The notes under the pieces: model-generated
What the model saw: the letters and a program-made list of their open reading frames with translations, nothing else
What the model was told of the DNA's origin: nothing
Database searches by the model: none
Source of the DNA: Flavobacteriales bacterium
GTDB taxonomy: Bacteria > Bacteroidota > Bacteroidia > Flavobacteriales_D > CALLUQ01
Direction: 5' to 3'
NCBI GenBank assembly: GCA_963669295.1
Contig: OY769938.1
Span: forward strand, 1,890,278-1,954,277
DNA: 64,000 nucleotides
Program-made: the position numbers and the translations under genes
Part shown: piece by piece, positions 26,942 to 36,631 of the stretch
Numbering within the stretch: position 1 is the first letter of the stretch
Layout of the letters: the number at the start of each line of letters is the position of its first letter

Positions 26942-28366
26942 TTATTGCTCCTCTGCTTCAACTGCAGGAGTGTTGTCGTTATCGTCCAACTTGTTTCCTT
27001 TCAAGTATCCAGGCAACTCCATGCCAGCCATGTTAAATACATCTTCCAGTGGTGGAACTGCTTTGTATAGCCCAGATAAGAAGTTGGCTGTAGAGGTTTT
27101 GCCATCTCCTCCTCCACTACCAGAACCATCCCAAACAGTAACCTTGTCGATTTTGATGTTCTTGATGGCTTCTGATTGCATTTTTACCAATTCAGGCAAC
27201 TTGTCGGCAATCAATAACAATACAGCATCTCTTGAGTTTTCGCCTGCTGCTTCTACGATCTTGTCCAAACCTTGTGCTTGCTTGGTCAATACCTCATAGA
27301 TACCTTGTGCTTCGGCTTGTTTCTTATAAAGAATCGCATCTGCATCACCTTTGGCAATACGTCGTATTTGCTCTGCCTCTGCTTCTGCATCGATCTCCAC
27401 TTTTTGTTTGTCGATTTCAGCAGGTACAATAATGTCGGCTTTTTGCGATGCTCTTTCTCTTTCTGCCCTTGCTAATTCTGCTTCTTGCTCTGCAGCATAG
27501 GCTTCTTCCAATGCTTTCGCTGCTTGTACTTTTTCAGCAGCTGTTGCTTTCTTTTCTGCTTCTGCTTCTTTTTCTCTACGATCAGCATTAGAGTTGGCTA
27601 CTGTAATTTTTGCTAAGTTCTCCCCTTCAACCGCTTTCGCATCGGCTTCCGCTACTTGTACACGTTGGTGTTGTACTGCATTGGCCTCTCCAATGGCACC
27701 ATCTCTGTTTTTCTCTGCCACACTCTTCCGTGCATCGTTAATCGCTTTAGCCGCTGCTTCCTTACCTAACGCCACGATATAGCCCGATTCATCCTTGATA
27801 TCGGTAACGTTTACGTTGATGAGTTTCAAGCCTATTTTTTTCAATTCCGCCTCCACGTTTGAAGAAACGTTATCGAGGAATTTATCCCGGTTACTGTTAA
27901 TTTCTTCAATGTCCATGGTTGCTACTACCAACCTCAACTGACCAAAGATGATGTCTTTTGCAAGGTCGTAGATTTCTGCCTGCCCCAGTCCAAGCAAGCG
28001 CTCAGCAGCGTTCGTCATAATGCCTGGCTCGGTTGAAATACCTACTGTAAACCGAGAGGGAACATCTACACGAATGTTTTGCCTACTCAATGCGCTAGTC
28101 AGCTCTACTTCAATGGAAATCGGAGTTAAGTCGAGGTAGTCGTAATCCTGGATGATGGGCCAGATAAATGCTGCACCACCATGAATACACTTGGCTGTTC
28201 TTCCCTGTCCTCCTGTGCTTCCTACCTTACCATACACTACTAAGATTCTGTCGGATGGACATCTCTTATAGCGTTTAAACAGCGAGTATATCAGCACAAA
28301 AACAAACAATACTGCTGCCGCGATGATAATAATAATCAACTGCGGAGTATCTGCTAGTAAAATCAT
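26942..28366 (-). CDS. Flotillin-family SPFH protein (YqiK/FloT-like)
   Basis: 474 aa with an N-terminal TM segment, an SPFH domain and a long Ala/Glu-rich coiled coil ('AEAEKKATAAEKVQAAKALEEAYAAEQEAELA'). Confidence 0.92.
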   Translation of the reverse strand: MILLADTPQLIIIIIAAAVLFVFVLIYSLFKRYKRCPSDRILVVYGKVGSTGGQGRTAKCIHGGAAFIWPIIQDYDYLDLTPISIEVELTSALSRQNIRVDVPSRFTVGISTEPGIMTNAAERLLGLGQAEIYDLAKDIIFGQLRLVVATMDIEEINSNRDKFLDNVSSNVEAELKKIGLKLINVNVTDIKDESGYIVALGKEAAAKAINDARKSVAEKNRDGAIGEANAVQHQRVQVAEADAKAVEGENLAKITVANSNADRREKEAEAEKKATAAEKVQAAKALEEAYAAEQEAELARAERERASQKADIIVPAEIDKQKVEIDAEAEAEQIRRIAKGDADAILYKKQAEAQGIYEVLTKQAQGLDKIVEAAGENSRDAVLLLIADKLPELVKMQSEAIKNIKIDKVTVWDGSGSGGGDGKTSTANFLSGLYKAVPPLEDVFNMAGMELPGYLKGNKLDDNDNTPAVEAEEQ

Positions 28367-28444
28367 TGCTTTTTCTATTTAGTTTAAGTTGTTACTAATG
28401 TTATACCTGACCGACGGTGTTAACCTTTGTTTATGTTGGTAGCG

Positions 28445-29035
28445 CTATTTTTTATTGCTACTTCTGGTTACCAACAGTATGCTATCGTTAATCACTTCCA
28501 ATACCGAAACAATGGTGGGGTTCTTAATGGGTTCGTCGTCATCGGTCATTGCTTCCAATTCTCTTAACGAGCCTTGAATTTTAATGTGCACTTTGCCAAA
28601 CCCTTCACGATTAGCCGGAATAGTAAGGTATACTTCACCCACACCACCAATAGCATTATTCATATTAAGTGTACCGCTATCGGTTAATTTACTCATGAAA
28701 AAGAATATGCTTGCCATAATCGCCATCATTGACAATCCAGCAATTACCGAAACAATGATGGTCATGGCAGTGCTCAACCCCCCATCAATACATGCCAATC
28801 CTGTCCACGCAAAAATGGTGAAGAAGCCAATGAGGTTCTTGATGGTAAAAAACTGAAACCCTATTCCTGCGTCTGCATCTACATCTGCATCAGCTCCACC
28901 AGCATCACCATCTACATCACCCATGATGAAGGTCATGATCATTTGGCCGATAAAGATGACTGAAGAAGGGATGGCAAATAGCCAATAGATGTGTTCTAAG
29001 GTTGACATTTCTGCCCACCATGCCCCTAAGTCCAT
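28445..29035 (-). CDS. NfeD/YqiJ-like membrane protein (flotillin partner)
   Basis: 196 aa with TM helices, an acidic 'GDVDGDAGGADADVDADAG' loop and a C-terminal OB-like NfeD domain ('GVGEVYLTIP..GFGKVHIKIQGSLRELEA'). Confidence 0.75.
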   Translation of the reverse strand: MDLGAWWAEMSTLEHIYWLFAIPSSVIFIGQMIMTFIMGDVDGDAGGADADVDADAGIGFQFFTIKNLIGFFTIFAWTGLACIDGGLSTAMTIIVSVIAGLSMMAIMASIFFFMSKLTDSGTLNMNNAIGGVGEVYLTIPANREGFGKVHIKIQGSLRELEAMTDDDEPIKNPTIVSVLEVINDSILLVTRSSNKK

Positions 29036-29080
29036 AATTCTCTTAAATTTAGTTTACGAAGTCAATTTAAGAAATTTTGG

Positions 29081-30883
29081 TTACACTTTTACCCCGATCA
29101 CTAAAATATCATCTACCTGCTCAAAATTCCCTTTCCACTGTTCTATAGTGCGGTTCAAAATGTCTTTTTGCTCAGACATGGTTTTGCTTTGGCAGCCTAG
29201 TAACATATCGCGAAACTGCTTGTACATGAACTTTTTGCCTTTTGGCCCTCCAAATTGATCGGCATAACCATCAGAAAAGATGTATACTTGATCGCCAGAT
29301 TGCAGCGGTATAGAGTGGTTTGTATACTTTTTATCGAGGTCATCAAAACCACCAATAGCAAACTTATCACCCTTGGTTTGCATCAACTCTCCATTGCGAA
29401 TAATATATAATGGATTATAAGCTCCAGCATATTCCAGCACCTTTGTGTTAAGGTCGAGCGAGCACAATGCCAAATCCATTCCATCACGCACATTGCTTTC
29501 TTCCGGATCCTGGTTGAGTGATTCCGAAGCCAGCGCATTTAAATCATCAAGGATTTGTGCTGGCTGCGACAAGTTGTGTTCCCGCACTGCTTGCTTCAAC
29601 CCATTGTATCCTACCAAACTCATGAATGCTCCTGGCACCCCGTGTCCAGTACAGTCTACCGCAGCAAACAACACTTTGCCCTCCGCCTCATCAAACCAGT
29701 AAAAATCACCAGACACAATATCTTTGGGCTTAAACAACACAAACGATTCTGGCAACAAATCTTTGATGTATTTATCAGAAGGAAGGATAGATTCCTGCAA
29801 ACGCTTTGCATATCGTATACTATCCGTCAAATCTTTGTAGAGCTCTTCTAGTTTTTGCCTTTGTTTTACAACCTCTTCTGTACGTTCAATCACCTTTTGC
29901 TCCAATATCCGCTCATTTTCTGCCAGATCATCACGCATTTTTAACAATGCATGACCAAGGGTATCTTCTTCGCTCAACGGTTCATAATGATAATCGAAAT
30001 TACCAGAACCTACCTCTTTAGAAAAGTCGGTGGTTTGTTTTAAACCATGCACCAAATTATTCAATGCACCTGACATCTCTCCAATTTCATCGTTGCGCTG
30101 CTTGATGGTTTCTTTTGGAAAAACACCTCGCCCTAACGAAAGCAATACACGTTTGAGTTGATGAATAGGTCGCACAATGGAGCGCACAGTAAAGATGGCA
30201 ATCAAGACTCCGCCAACACCAAGAGCCATACCCAGGTAACGCAACAAAAATTGTAATAAATCAAACGAGGAAATCATTTGCTGGCTCACCTCATGTTGAT
30301 TCATCTTCTGTAGGTTAATCAACTCATCCAGCTTAAATGTGACTTTGCTGGTTTGCTTATCGATGTCTCCCCCTTCTTCCACCATAGGGATTACAGTAAA
30401 CATCACCATGGGGTCTTTATAGCTTTCAAAAGAGTTGATTTGCTCTTTTATAAAGTCGTGAGTGGCAAACAATTCTTTAATATCGTCGAAGATAATCGCT
30501 TTCTTTTCCAACTCATTGTCTGACCAGGCAGGAGACAATGTGTTAATGCGGCTTCTTAGCTCAGGCCACACCTCCGTTTGTAATTGAATCAACGTTCTCT
30601 TTTCTTGCGCATCTTCCCGGCTTTCAATGCCCACCCAGTTGGTAATTAAGGTTCGTGTTCTTTCAACAAGTAGCTTGAGGTCCTCCAATGCATCTACAGA
30701 TGGAGTATATACTTTGTTAATTTCATCGTTTGCCGTACGGCTTTCATTCAGGGTATTGTTAGTGAGATAAAATACCACTAACATTAACAGGATAAATAAA
30801 CCAAATCCTGTTCCTATTTTTCTTCCGATGGTAAACCTGAACTTCATAGCTGCTGTAGAGGCAAATTTACTATTCTTCCCCAC
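29081..30883 (-). CDS. Membrane sensor with periplasmic helical domain, HAMP, coiled coil and PP2C/SpoIIE phosphatase
   Basis: 600 aa with two TM segments flanking a helical region of about 170 aa, and a HAMP domain ('RPIHQLKRVLLSLGRG..DEIGEMSGALNNLV'). The phosphatase motifs are 'SGDFYW', 'DCTGHGVPGA' and 'SDGYADQFGG'. An alternative start at 30847 (MKFRF) would remove the 14-nt overlap with the upstream gene. Confidence 0.88.
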   Translation of the reverse strand: MGKNSKFASTAAMKFRFTIGRKIGTGFGLFILLMLVVFYLTNNTLNESRTANDEINKVYTPSVDALEDLKLLVERTRTLITNWVGIESREDAQEKRTLIQLQTEVWPELRSRINTLSPAWSDNELEKKAIIFDDIKELFATHDFIKEQINSFESYKDPMVMFTVIPMVEEGGDIDKQTSKVTFKLDELINLQKMNQHEVSQQMISSFDLLQFLLRYLGMALGVGGVLIAIFTVRSIVRPIHQLKRVLLSLGRGVFPKETIKQRNDEIGEMSGALNNLVHGLKQTTDFSKEVGSGNFDYHYEPLSEEDTLGHALLKMRDDLAENERILEQKVIERTEEVVKQRQKLEELYKDLTDSIRYAKRLQESILPSDKYIKDLLPESFVLFKPKDIVSGDFYWFDEAEGKVLFAAVDCTGHGVPGAFMSLVGYNGLKQAVREHNLSQPAQILDDLNALASESLNQDPEESNVRDGMDLALCSLDLNTKVLEYAGAYNPLYIIRNGELMQTKGDKFAIGGFDDLDKKYTNHSIPLQSGDQVYIFSDGYADQFGGPKGKKFMYKQFRDMLLGCQSKTMSEQKDILNRTIEQWKGNFEQVDDILVIGVKV

Positions 30884-31787
30884 ATATTTTTTTCAACAAC
30901 TCTTTGTAGTGGTTGGATTTTTCTATTTCGTTCAAACCAAAGTAAATACCAGAAAGCCCAAAGATGGTTTCACAACGAGTAGGGTTGAGTTCATATGCCT
31001 TTAACATATACGGTTCTGCTTTTCGAAACAGCTCAGCACATTCATCCTGTGTTTGGTTAAGAATCAATAACCCCGCATCTGGATCAAGGCTTTTAATTTT
31101 GTTTACCCCTTTATTGTAATACAAAATGGCTGTGTTATAATTGGCATTATAGTCATTCGAATCAAGCCCAAGTACTACTCCATACGCCTCTAGAGCTTCA
31201 TCATAAAAACGTGCATTAGCCTCTCGGTCAGCGTCATAAATTACTGAATATACTGTAGAAGCTAGCGCATTATAGTATTCTAAATCTTTTTGAAAGAAAT
31301 TATACCCCTGTTGTATGATTTCCATGGTGGCTTTGTAGCGCGCATAACTCTTCAACGACTGCTCGTAGCTAACAGTATCAAGAAGATTTACAGCATCATT
31401 GAAATAGGTATCGGCCAGGTACCTAATCGTTTTCTTGTTGTTCTCTAAATGTTCTTGCTCCACATCAACAACCATTGATTTTACAAAAGCATTAACGGCT
31501 TCTTCCCGCGATGGCGATTGTGGGTTGCCAGCTTCACGCTCCTTAAAAATAGCTTTGTAGATAAAGCCCCTGAAATGCCACGCTTGGGCATGTAGCATTT
31601 TTTTGTCTCTGCTTAGTCCGGCTGTATCGTCCGGGATCAATTCAGTGGCTTGATCAATCAATAACTTTGCGCTATCCAGGTCGTTGTTTTGATAGTGATA
31701 AATTGCCTGAATAGCCAACTTCCCCTGGCCAAAGGATGCAACTGAAACGATCAGAAAGACTACGAATATGTAAAGTTTCTTCTGCAT
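30870..31787 (-). CDS. Secreted TPR-like protein
   Basis: 305 aa with a signal peptide (VSVASFGQG) and TPR-like helical pairs ('ALEAYGVVLGLDSNDYNANYNTAILYYNKG'). Confidence 0.6.
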   Translation of the reverse strand: MQKKLYIFVVFLIVSVASFGQGKLAIQAIYHYQNNDLDSAKLLIDQATELIPDDTAGLSRDKKMLHAQAWHFRGFIYKAIFKEREAGNPQSPSREEAVNAFVKSMVVDVEQEHLENNKKTIRYLADTYFNDAVNLLDTVSYEQSLKSYARYKATMEIIQQGYNFFQKDLEYYNALASTVYSVIYDADREANARFYDEALEAYGVVLGLDSNDYNANYNTAILYYNKGVNKIKSLDPDAGLLILNQTQDECAELFRKAEPYMLKAYELNPTRCETIFGLSGIYFGLNEIEKSNHYKELLKKICGEE

Positions 31788-31808
31788 ATAATGATGATCA
31801 TTGCTTTT

Positions 31809-32345
31809 TCATTCTATTCTTTTAGCAGCAAGGTCGCCTAGCGTTTTGCCGATGATTAATTTTCTATTGTTTGCTTCTGTTTTATTGAGTTCGTATGCTA
31901 GTTTATTGGATCTAATAAAGAAGTTAATACTCGCCCCCTCATGAATCAACCCTTCCTTTTCTGTAACGATTAGGGTACTCTTCCCTTTTAATCTACTTAC
32001 CAATTGAGGTAATTGGTTGCTTTTACTATTGTCAAGGAACAACACATGGCATTTATTTACATCAGAAGCACTTGCGTATTTCTTTATTTCTATTGGCTGA
32101 CTCCCTATCCTTTTAGAGGAATAAAGCTTTACCAACTCATTGTATACGTTTGTGCCTCCAATGACTCCTATTACAAAATTCCCTTGCTTATATGTTGCCG
32201 GCCAATCGGCAAATTTTGCAAAGTTGTAGATGTATTGGGCTTTTAGTTTTGAGTTAATGTCGTAACTCGTATTCCTACCCTGCCCGAACGTGGTTCCCGC
32301 TGAGAAGAGAGAGAGAATAAACAGTATGGTTAATAACCGTTTCAT
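31809..32345 (-). CDS. YfiR/DUF4154-family periplasmic protein
   Basis: 178 aa with a signal peptide. 'LKAQYIYNFAKFADWP', 'CHVLFL', 'TLIVTE' and 'GASINF..NKLAYELN' follow the DUF4154 consensus. Confidence 0.85.
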   Translation of the reverse strand: MKRLLTILFILSLFSAGTTFGQGRNTSYDINSKLKAQYIYNFAKFADWPATYKQGNFVIGVIGGTNVYNELVKLYSSKRIGSQPIEIKKYASASDVNKCHVLFLDNSKSNQLPQLVSRLKGKSTLIVTEKEGLIHEGASINFFIRSNKLAYELNKTEANNRKLIIGKTLGDLAAKRIE

Positions 32346-32543
32346 GATTCTTAAAGCCCTAGTAAACAGGTGGGGTTAGTGATGCAATATAGCATAAATA
32401 ATTTTAATAAAATCCCCTGTTTTATAAGGGTAAACGTTACTCTTTAGCCCTTCTCATATCTAAAACTATACCATTTTTTGGTTGCGGCACATTTCTTTTA
32501 TTTCAATGAGGTGGTTTTGATGACTAATGCGCTCAAATAAGGT

Positions 32544-33998
32544 TTACTTTTTGAACCCCTCCAGCTTTTTGTCATTAAGAAAGTCGTAATGCGTTAGTTT
32601 ACGAAGTTCGTAAAAACTTACCCAATAACTTCTCAATGTTTCCAGGTAGCTACGTTTTGAGCTGTCTTTTTCTTGTAGTGCAATGTTGAGGTCCGAAACA
32701 TTTATTCGCCCAATGAGGTAACGCTGTTTGGCTATTTCATATCGTTTTTGTGCTACTAAATCCGCTTTTGCTGCTATTTTCACTTGCTCTTTTAGTAGAT
32801 TGAACTGCAATGCTTTTACAAACACTTCTTGCTCTAATTCCAGTTTCCGCTGTTGCACCGTGTAATTTACTACTTCCCGGTTAGCTACAGCTTGCTTTAT
32901 GTTTGCTCTTGAGACTCCCCAATTAAACACCGGCACTTGAATGCCCAATACCAGTTGCTGTTGGTCTTGCGGATTAGTGTACACTCCATTAAAGTCGGCT
33001 GCACTATTGGTTAGCCCATAGGTTGCAAAAAGATTCATGTTTAAATTATTATCCCCTTTTGCTTGAGCCACATCTCTCTCGGCCTCTATTAATTGTCGGT
33101 TTAATGTAATGTGCTGCGACCTGCTTTGTGATGCTTCTGTTACTGCCTTATCAGCATTCACTTCTAGCTCAGGAATACTGTAATTAACGTTTAACTCCAA
33201 ATTGGTGTTTTCACTAATTCCAAGATAAGTTTTCAACCGAATTTCGTTGGTTTGCACCGATACCCTTGCTTGTGCAGTAGCAATTTGCGAATTCAACAAG
33301 GTAAGCTCTACCTGCAACAATTCATTTTCCGCAATTTTACCTATGCCATACCGCCCTTTTGATATCTTGTAAATGGTATCGCTATTTGCTTCATTTAGCT
33401 CCGCCAACTCCAAATCTATTTGTGCAGAAAGAAGGTTAAAAAATAAATTGGTAGACTCAATTGCAATATCTTCTACATCCTCTACCGATCGTTCCTGTGC
33501 CTCCTGGTACAATAAGGGCTCTACTTTCTTCTGCCATTTGAAGGAATTGAACCCAAACAGTGTTTGGCGCAGCCCAATGTTTACAGGGGTCGACATGTAT
33601 GAAATGCTTGGATTATCTCCAAGTAAATCGATACGGCTTAAATCAGAATTCACAAACAACTCTCCTCCCGTTAAGCCTATATTTTGTCGCAACGACAGGT
33701 TGGTAGTTGACAATGCTCGTCGCTGTTCCACAAAAGACTCGGTTCCATCGGGTAGCGTAATCCTTGAAATAGATCGATTAAGATCAGGCAATGTAGCATC
33801 AAAGTTCAATGATGGTAAGAAGGATCGCTCAAATGAGAAGAAACGCCAATAGCTGTTATCAAATTTATTTTGCACCAACTTGCTTTGCGCTGATTGCGTT
33901 TGTGCCATATTGATGACCTGCTCTAAGCTCAACCTGGTGGTTTGTGCATGCACGCTTGTACACCACAGCAATAATAATATAGCCCATCGTTTACTCAT
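32544..33998 (-). CDS. TolC-family outer-membrane efflux protein
   Basis: 484 aa with a signal peptide and two OEP-type repeats. It overlaps the upstream permease gene by 8 nt. Confidence 0.88.
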   Translation of the reverse strand: MSKRWAILLLLWCTSVHAQTTRLSLEQVINMAQTQSAQSKLVQNKFDNSYWRFFSFERSFLPSLNFDATLPDLNRSISRITLPDGTESFVEQRRALSTTNLSLRQNIGLTGGELFVNSDLSRIDLLGDNPSISYMSTPVNIGLRQTLFGFNSFKWQKKVEPLLYQEAQERSVEDVEDIAIESTNLFFNLLSAQIDLELAELNEANSDTIYKISKGRYGIGKIAENELLQVELTLLNSQIATAQARVSVQTNEIRLKTYLGISENTNLELNVNYSIPELEVNADKAVTEASQSRSQHITLNRQLIEAERDVAQAKGDNNLNMNLFATYGLTNSAADFNGVYTNPQDQQQLVLGIQVPVFNWGVSRANIKQAVANREVVNYTVQQRKLELEQEVFVKALQFNLLKEQVKIAAKADLVAQKRYEIAKQRYLIGRINVSDLNIALQEKDSSKRSYLETLRSYWVSFYELRKLTHYDFLNDKKLEGFKK

Positions 33999-35322
33999 AC
34001 CTTAACGAATTAATCGGGTCTTGCTCCGAAGCTCTTTTAGCTGGAGTGTAGCCAAAGATAACCCCAACACTTGCTGAAACAACAAATGAAATAATGATCG
34101 GCATCGCACTAATAACTGTGGGACTGTTAAAAATGTAAGGCAATAACAAGGAGGTCACCACCCCAACAATAATACCTATTACACCACCTGCAAGGCTAAT
34201 TAGCAACGCCTCATACATGAACTGTTGTTGAATGTCTTTTTTTGTGGCTCCCATCGACAGTCGAACTCCTATTTCTTTGATTCGCTCCAATACAGAGGCC
34301 AACATAATGTTCATTATACCAATACCTCCAACCAATAGCGAAATGCTGGCAATAGCAGCCAGCAAAGCATTGAACCGCTCCTTGGTGTCCTGGCTTTGCT
34401 TCAATTGATGTTCTGGAATCTGAATAGAATAGTTTTCCGCGCCCATATGTCTCCGCAATAACTGCCGGTTCAACACTTCAAAAGTGGCGAGCACTTTATT
34501 GGTTTCTCTTACCTGCACCACGATCTTGTCTAACTGATTGTTGTTAACCGGAGGCTTTGGGGTGTTTTCTTCTTCATCGTCAGAAAATGCCGCGCTTTCA
34601 ATGGTTTTGTTGGTTACTAAGGTTCTGTTCTTATAGCGTAACAATACTGTTTGTATAGGCGCATAAACCTCATTATTGTACGTGTTTACTCCCATCGACT
34701 CAATAGAAGTGCCTTCAATCTCCATCGGTTTAATTACACCTATTACTTTAAACCAAATGTTGTTGCACTTAACGCGTTTTCCAATCGGGTTTCCTTCCGG
34801 AAAAAGCCGCCCAGCAATTTTAGCTCCTAAAATGCAAACCGGTTTCGCTTGCTCTATGTGTTGCCAACTGAACATGCTTCCTTCTGATAGTTGAATGTTA
34901 TACACTTTGAAATACTCGGGGGTAACACCTATGAGTTTAGAAGCATAATTTTTTCCAGTGGCAATGGCATTAACGCGATACCCTACCTCTGGGCAAACAG
35001 CCTCTACCGTGGGTATTTTCATGATACTCCTGGCATCAGCCAGTGTTAGGCCTGGAGCATATTTTTTTGTTTCTTTTCCCTGGCCACTACCCGATCCATC
35101 TCCTTCATCTTCGGGCATTAATCCTTCAATAATAATGTTGTTGGATCCAACTAATTTTATTTGCTCAAGGATTTCTTTTTTGGAACCATTGCCAATTGCA
35201 AGCATGATAATTACTGCAGCTACCCCAAAGATGATACCCAGCCCTGTAAGGATCGACCGTGTTTTATTCGACCAAATTGCTTCTATGGCAATTAACAGGT
35301 TGTACCAGCTTTTATCAAACAT
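33991..35322 (-). CDS. MacB-type ABC transporter permease (MacB_PCD plus FtsX), no ATPase domain
   Basis: 443 aa with an N-terminal TM segment, a large periplasmic domain and three C-terminal TM segments carrying the FtsX motif ('GGIGIMNIMLASVLERIKEIGVR'). Confidence 0.9.
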   Translation of the reverse strand: MFDKSWYNLLIAIEAIWSNKTRSILTGLGIIFGVAAVIIMLAIGNGSKKEILEQIKLVGSNNIIIEGLMPEDEGDGSGSGQGKETKKYAPGLTLADARSIMKIPTVEAVCPEVGYRVNAIATGKNYASKLIGVTPEYFKVYNIQLSEGSMFSWQHIEQAKPVCILGAKIAGRLFPEGNPIGKRVKCNNIWFKVIGVIKPMEIEGTSIESMGVNTYNNEVYAPIQTVLLRYKNRTLVTNKTIESAAFSDDEEENTPKPPVNNNQLDKIVVQVRETNKVLATFEVLNRQLLRRHMGAENYSIQIPEHQLKQSQDTKERFNALLAAIASISLLVGGIGIMNIMLASVLERIKEIGVRLSMGATKKDIQQQFMYEALLISLAGGVIGIIVGVVTSLLLPYIFNSPTVISAMPIIISFVVSASVGVIFGYTPAKRASEQDPINSLRYE

Positions 35323-35325
35323 GTG

Positions 35326-36567
35326 TTACTTGATCCGTTGAAGGCTATAACTATCAGGATCTTCGGGTTGAGATAGGTAAACAATATCTCCTGCGTTAAT
35401 GCCTTTTTCTACAATAATGTAATCTTCGCTTGAAGCTCCTGTTTTTACTTCCTTTTTTACAATGCTCATTCCATCCTCCAAAAAAACATAGCTCAACGTG
35501 TCGTTGCTAAATATCGTTTCAACAGGAACACTAATCACATCTTCATATTGTGCCACTAAAATTTCATTGCCAGTAGTCATGGCGGGTTTCAAAATCGTAT
35601 CTGTCTTATTGAGCTTGATCAATACTTCAAATACCTTAGCATCAGAGTTGGGCAATTGTTCTCCAATATTGGCCACCTCGATAATGGTTCCTTCATATTT
35701 TTTGTCGGGAAATGCATCAATGCTAATGCTTACCTTTTGATCAGATTTTATCTTACTAATGTCAATTTCATTCACGTAAGTTTTGGAGTACATCTCTGAA
35801 AGGTCGGGCAATGTTGCTACCACAGGATTCCAGGCACTAATTTGAGAGCCCACTTGAATCTTTTTACCATCCCATGTACGTTGATAAATTACCATGCCAC
35901 CCTTAGGAGCCGTCACAGTAAACTTACCCAACAATTCTGCTATTTCATCATATCGTCGCTGTTGCTGCTCTAACATTGCTGTTACCTCTTGCATCTTTGC
36001 AATCGCTTGTTTTCGTTTCAATTGATAATTTTCGAGCGTTTGGTTATAAGTACGCTCTGTTTTCTCCAGATCAATCTCTGCCTGGCGAATCGTAGCAGGG
36101 GGCTCATATTTTGATTGCTCCAACACCAGCTTTTTCTCTTCCAAAGAATACTTCATGTTAATCAATTCATCGCGGGCATTGCGAAGCTCTAATGCTGTAT
36201 CAAGCTTTGTTGTGGTGTATTGTGAGTTGATTTTTTCCAACTCTGTTTGCACGTCTTTTAACTTTGTTGCTGCCTGAGTGCGATCTAGTGTAGCCACGTA
36301 ATCGCCCTCGTTTACAATTGTCCCTTCAGGTATAAGGTCGGTAATCTGCACTTGCCAAACACCTACTTTCCTTAACTCAGAAGGTGCTTGTATGTTTTCT
36401 GATTCTTTGGCCTCTAGCTCACCCGTAACGGCAACATAGATATCGAATGCCCCTCTTTTTACCTCTACCTTTATCGGATCCGATAACTCTTCGTCAGAGC
36501 CAAAAAGAAAAACAGATAATAGCAGTGCAATAACTCCAACGGCAATGTATACGTATTTTTTACTCAT
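35326..36567 (-). CDS. Efflux periplasmic adaptor (HlyD/MacA family)
   Basis: 413 aa with a signal anchor, a biotinyl-lipoyl-like region, a long coiled-coil hairpin and a beta-barrel. Confidence 0.88.
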   Translation of the reverse strand: MSKKYVYIAVGVIALLLSVFLFGSDEELSDPIKVEVKRGAFDIYVAVTGELEAKESENIQAPSELRKVGVWQVQITDLIPEGTIVNEGDYVATLDRTQAATKLKDVQTELEKINSQYTTTKLDTALELRNARDELINMKYSLEEKKLVLEQSKYEPPATIRQAEIDLEKTERTYNQTLENYQLKRKQAIAKMQEVTAMLEQQQRRYDEIAELLGKFTVTAPKGGMVIYQRTWDGKKIQVGSQISAWNPVVATLPDLSEMYSKTYVNEIDISKIKSDQKVSISIDAFPDKKYEGTIIEVANIGEQLPNSDAKVFEVLIKLNKTDTILKPAMTTGNEILVAQYEDVISVPVETIFSNDTLSYVFLEDGMSIVKKEVKTGASSEDYIIVEKGINAGDIVYLSQPEDPDSYSLQRIK

Positions 36568-36631
36568 TTGCTATTGATAACGTTGCAATTATAATCGTGG
36601 TATTAAAGGTATTTATTTATTTGATGCAGTA

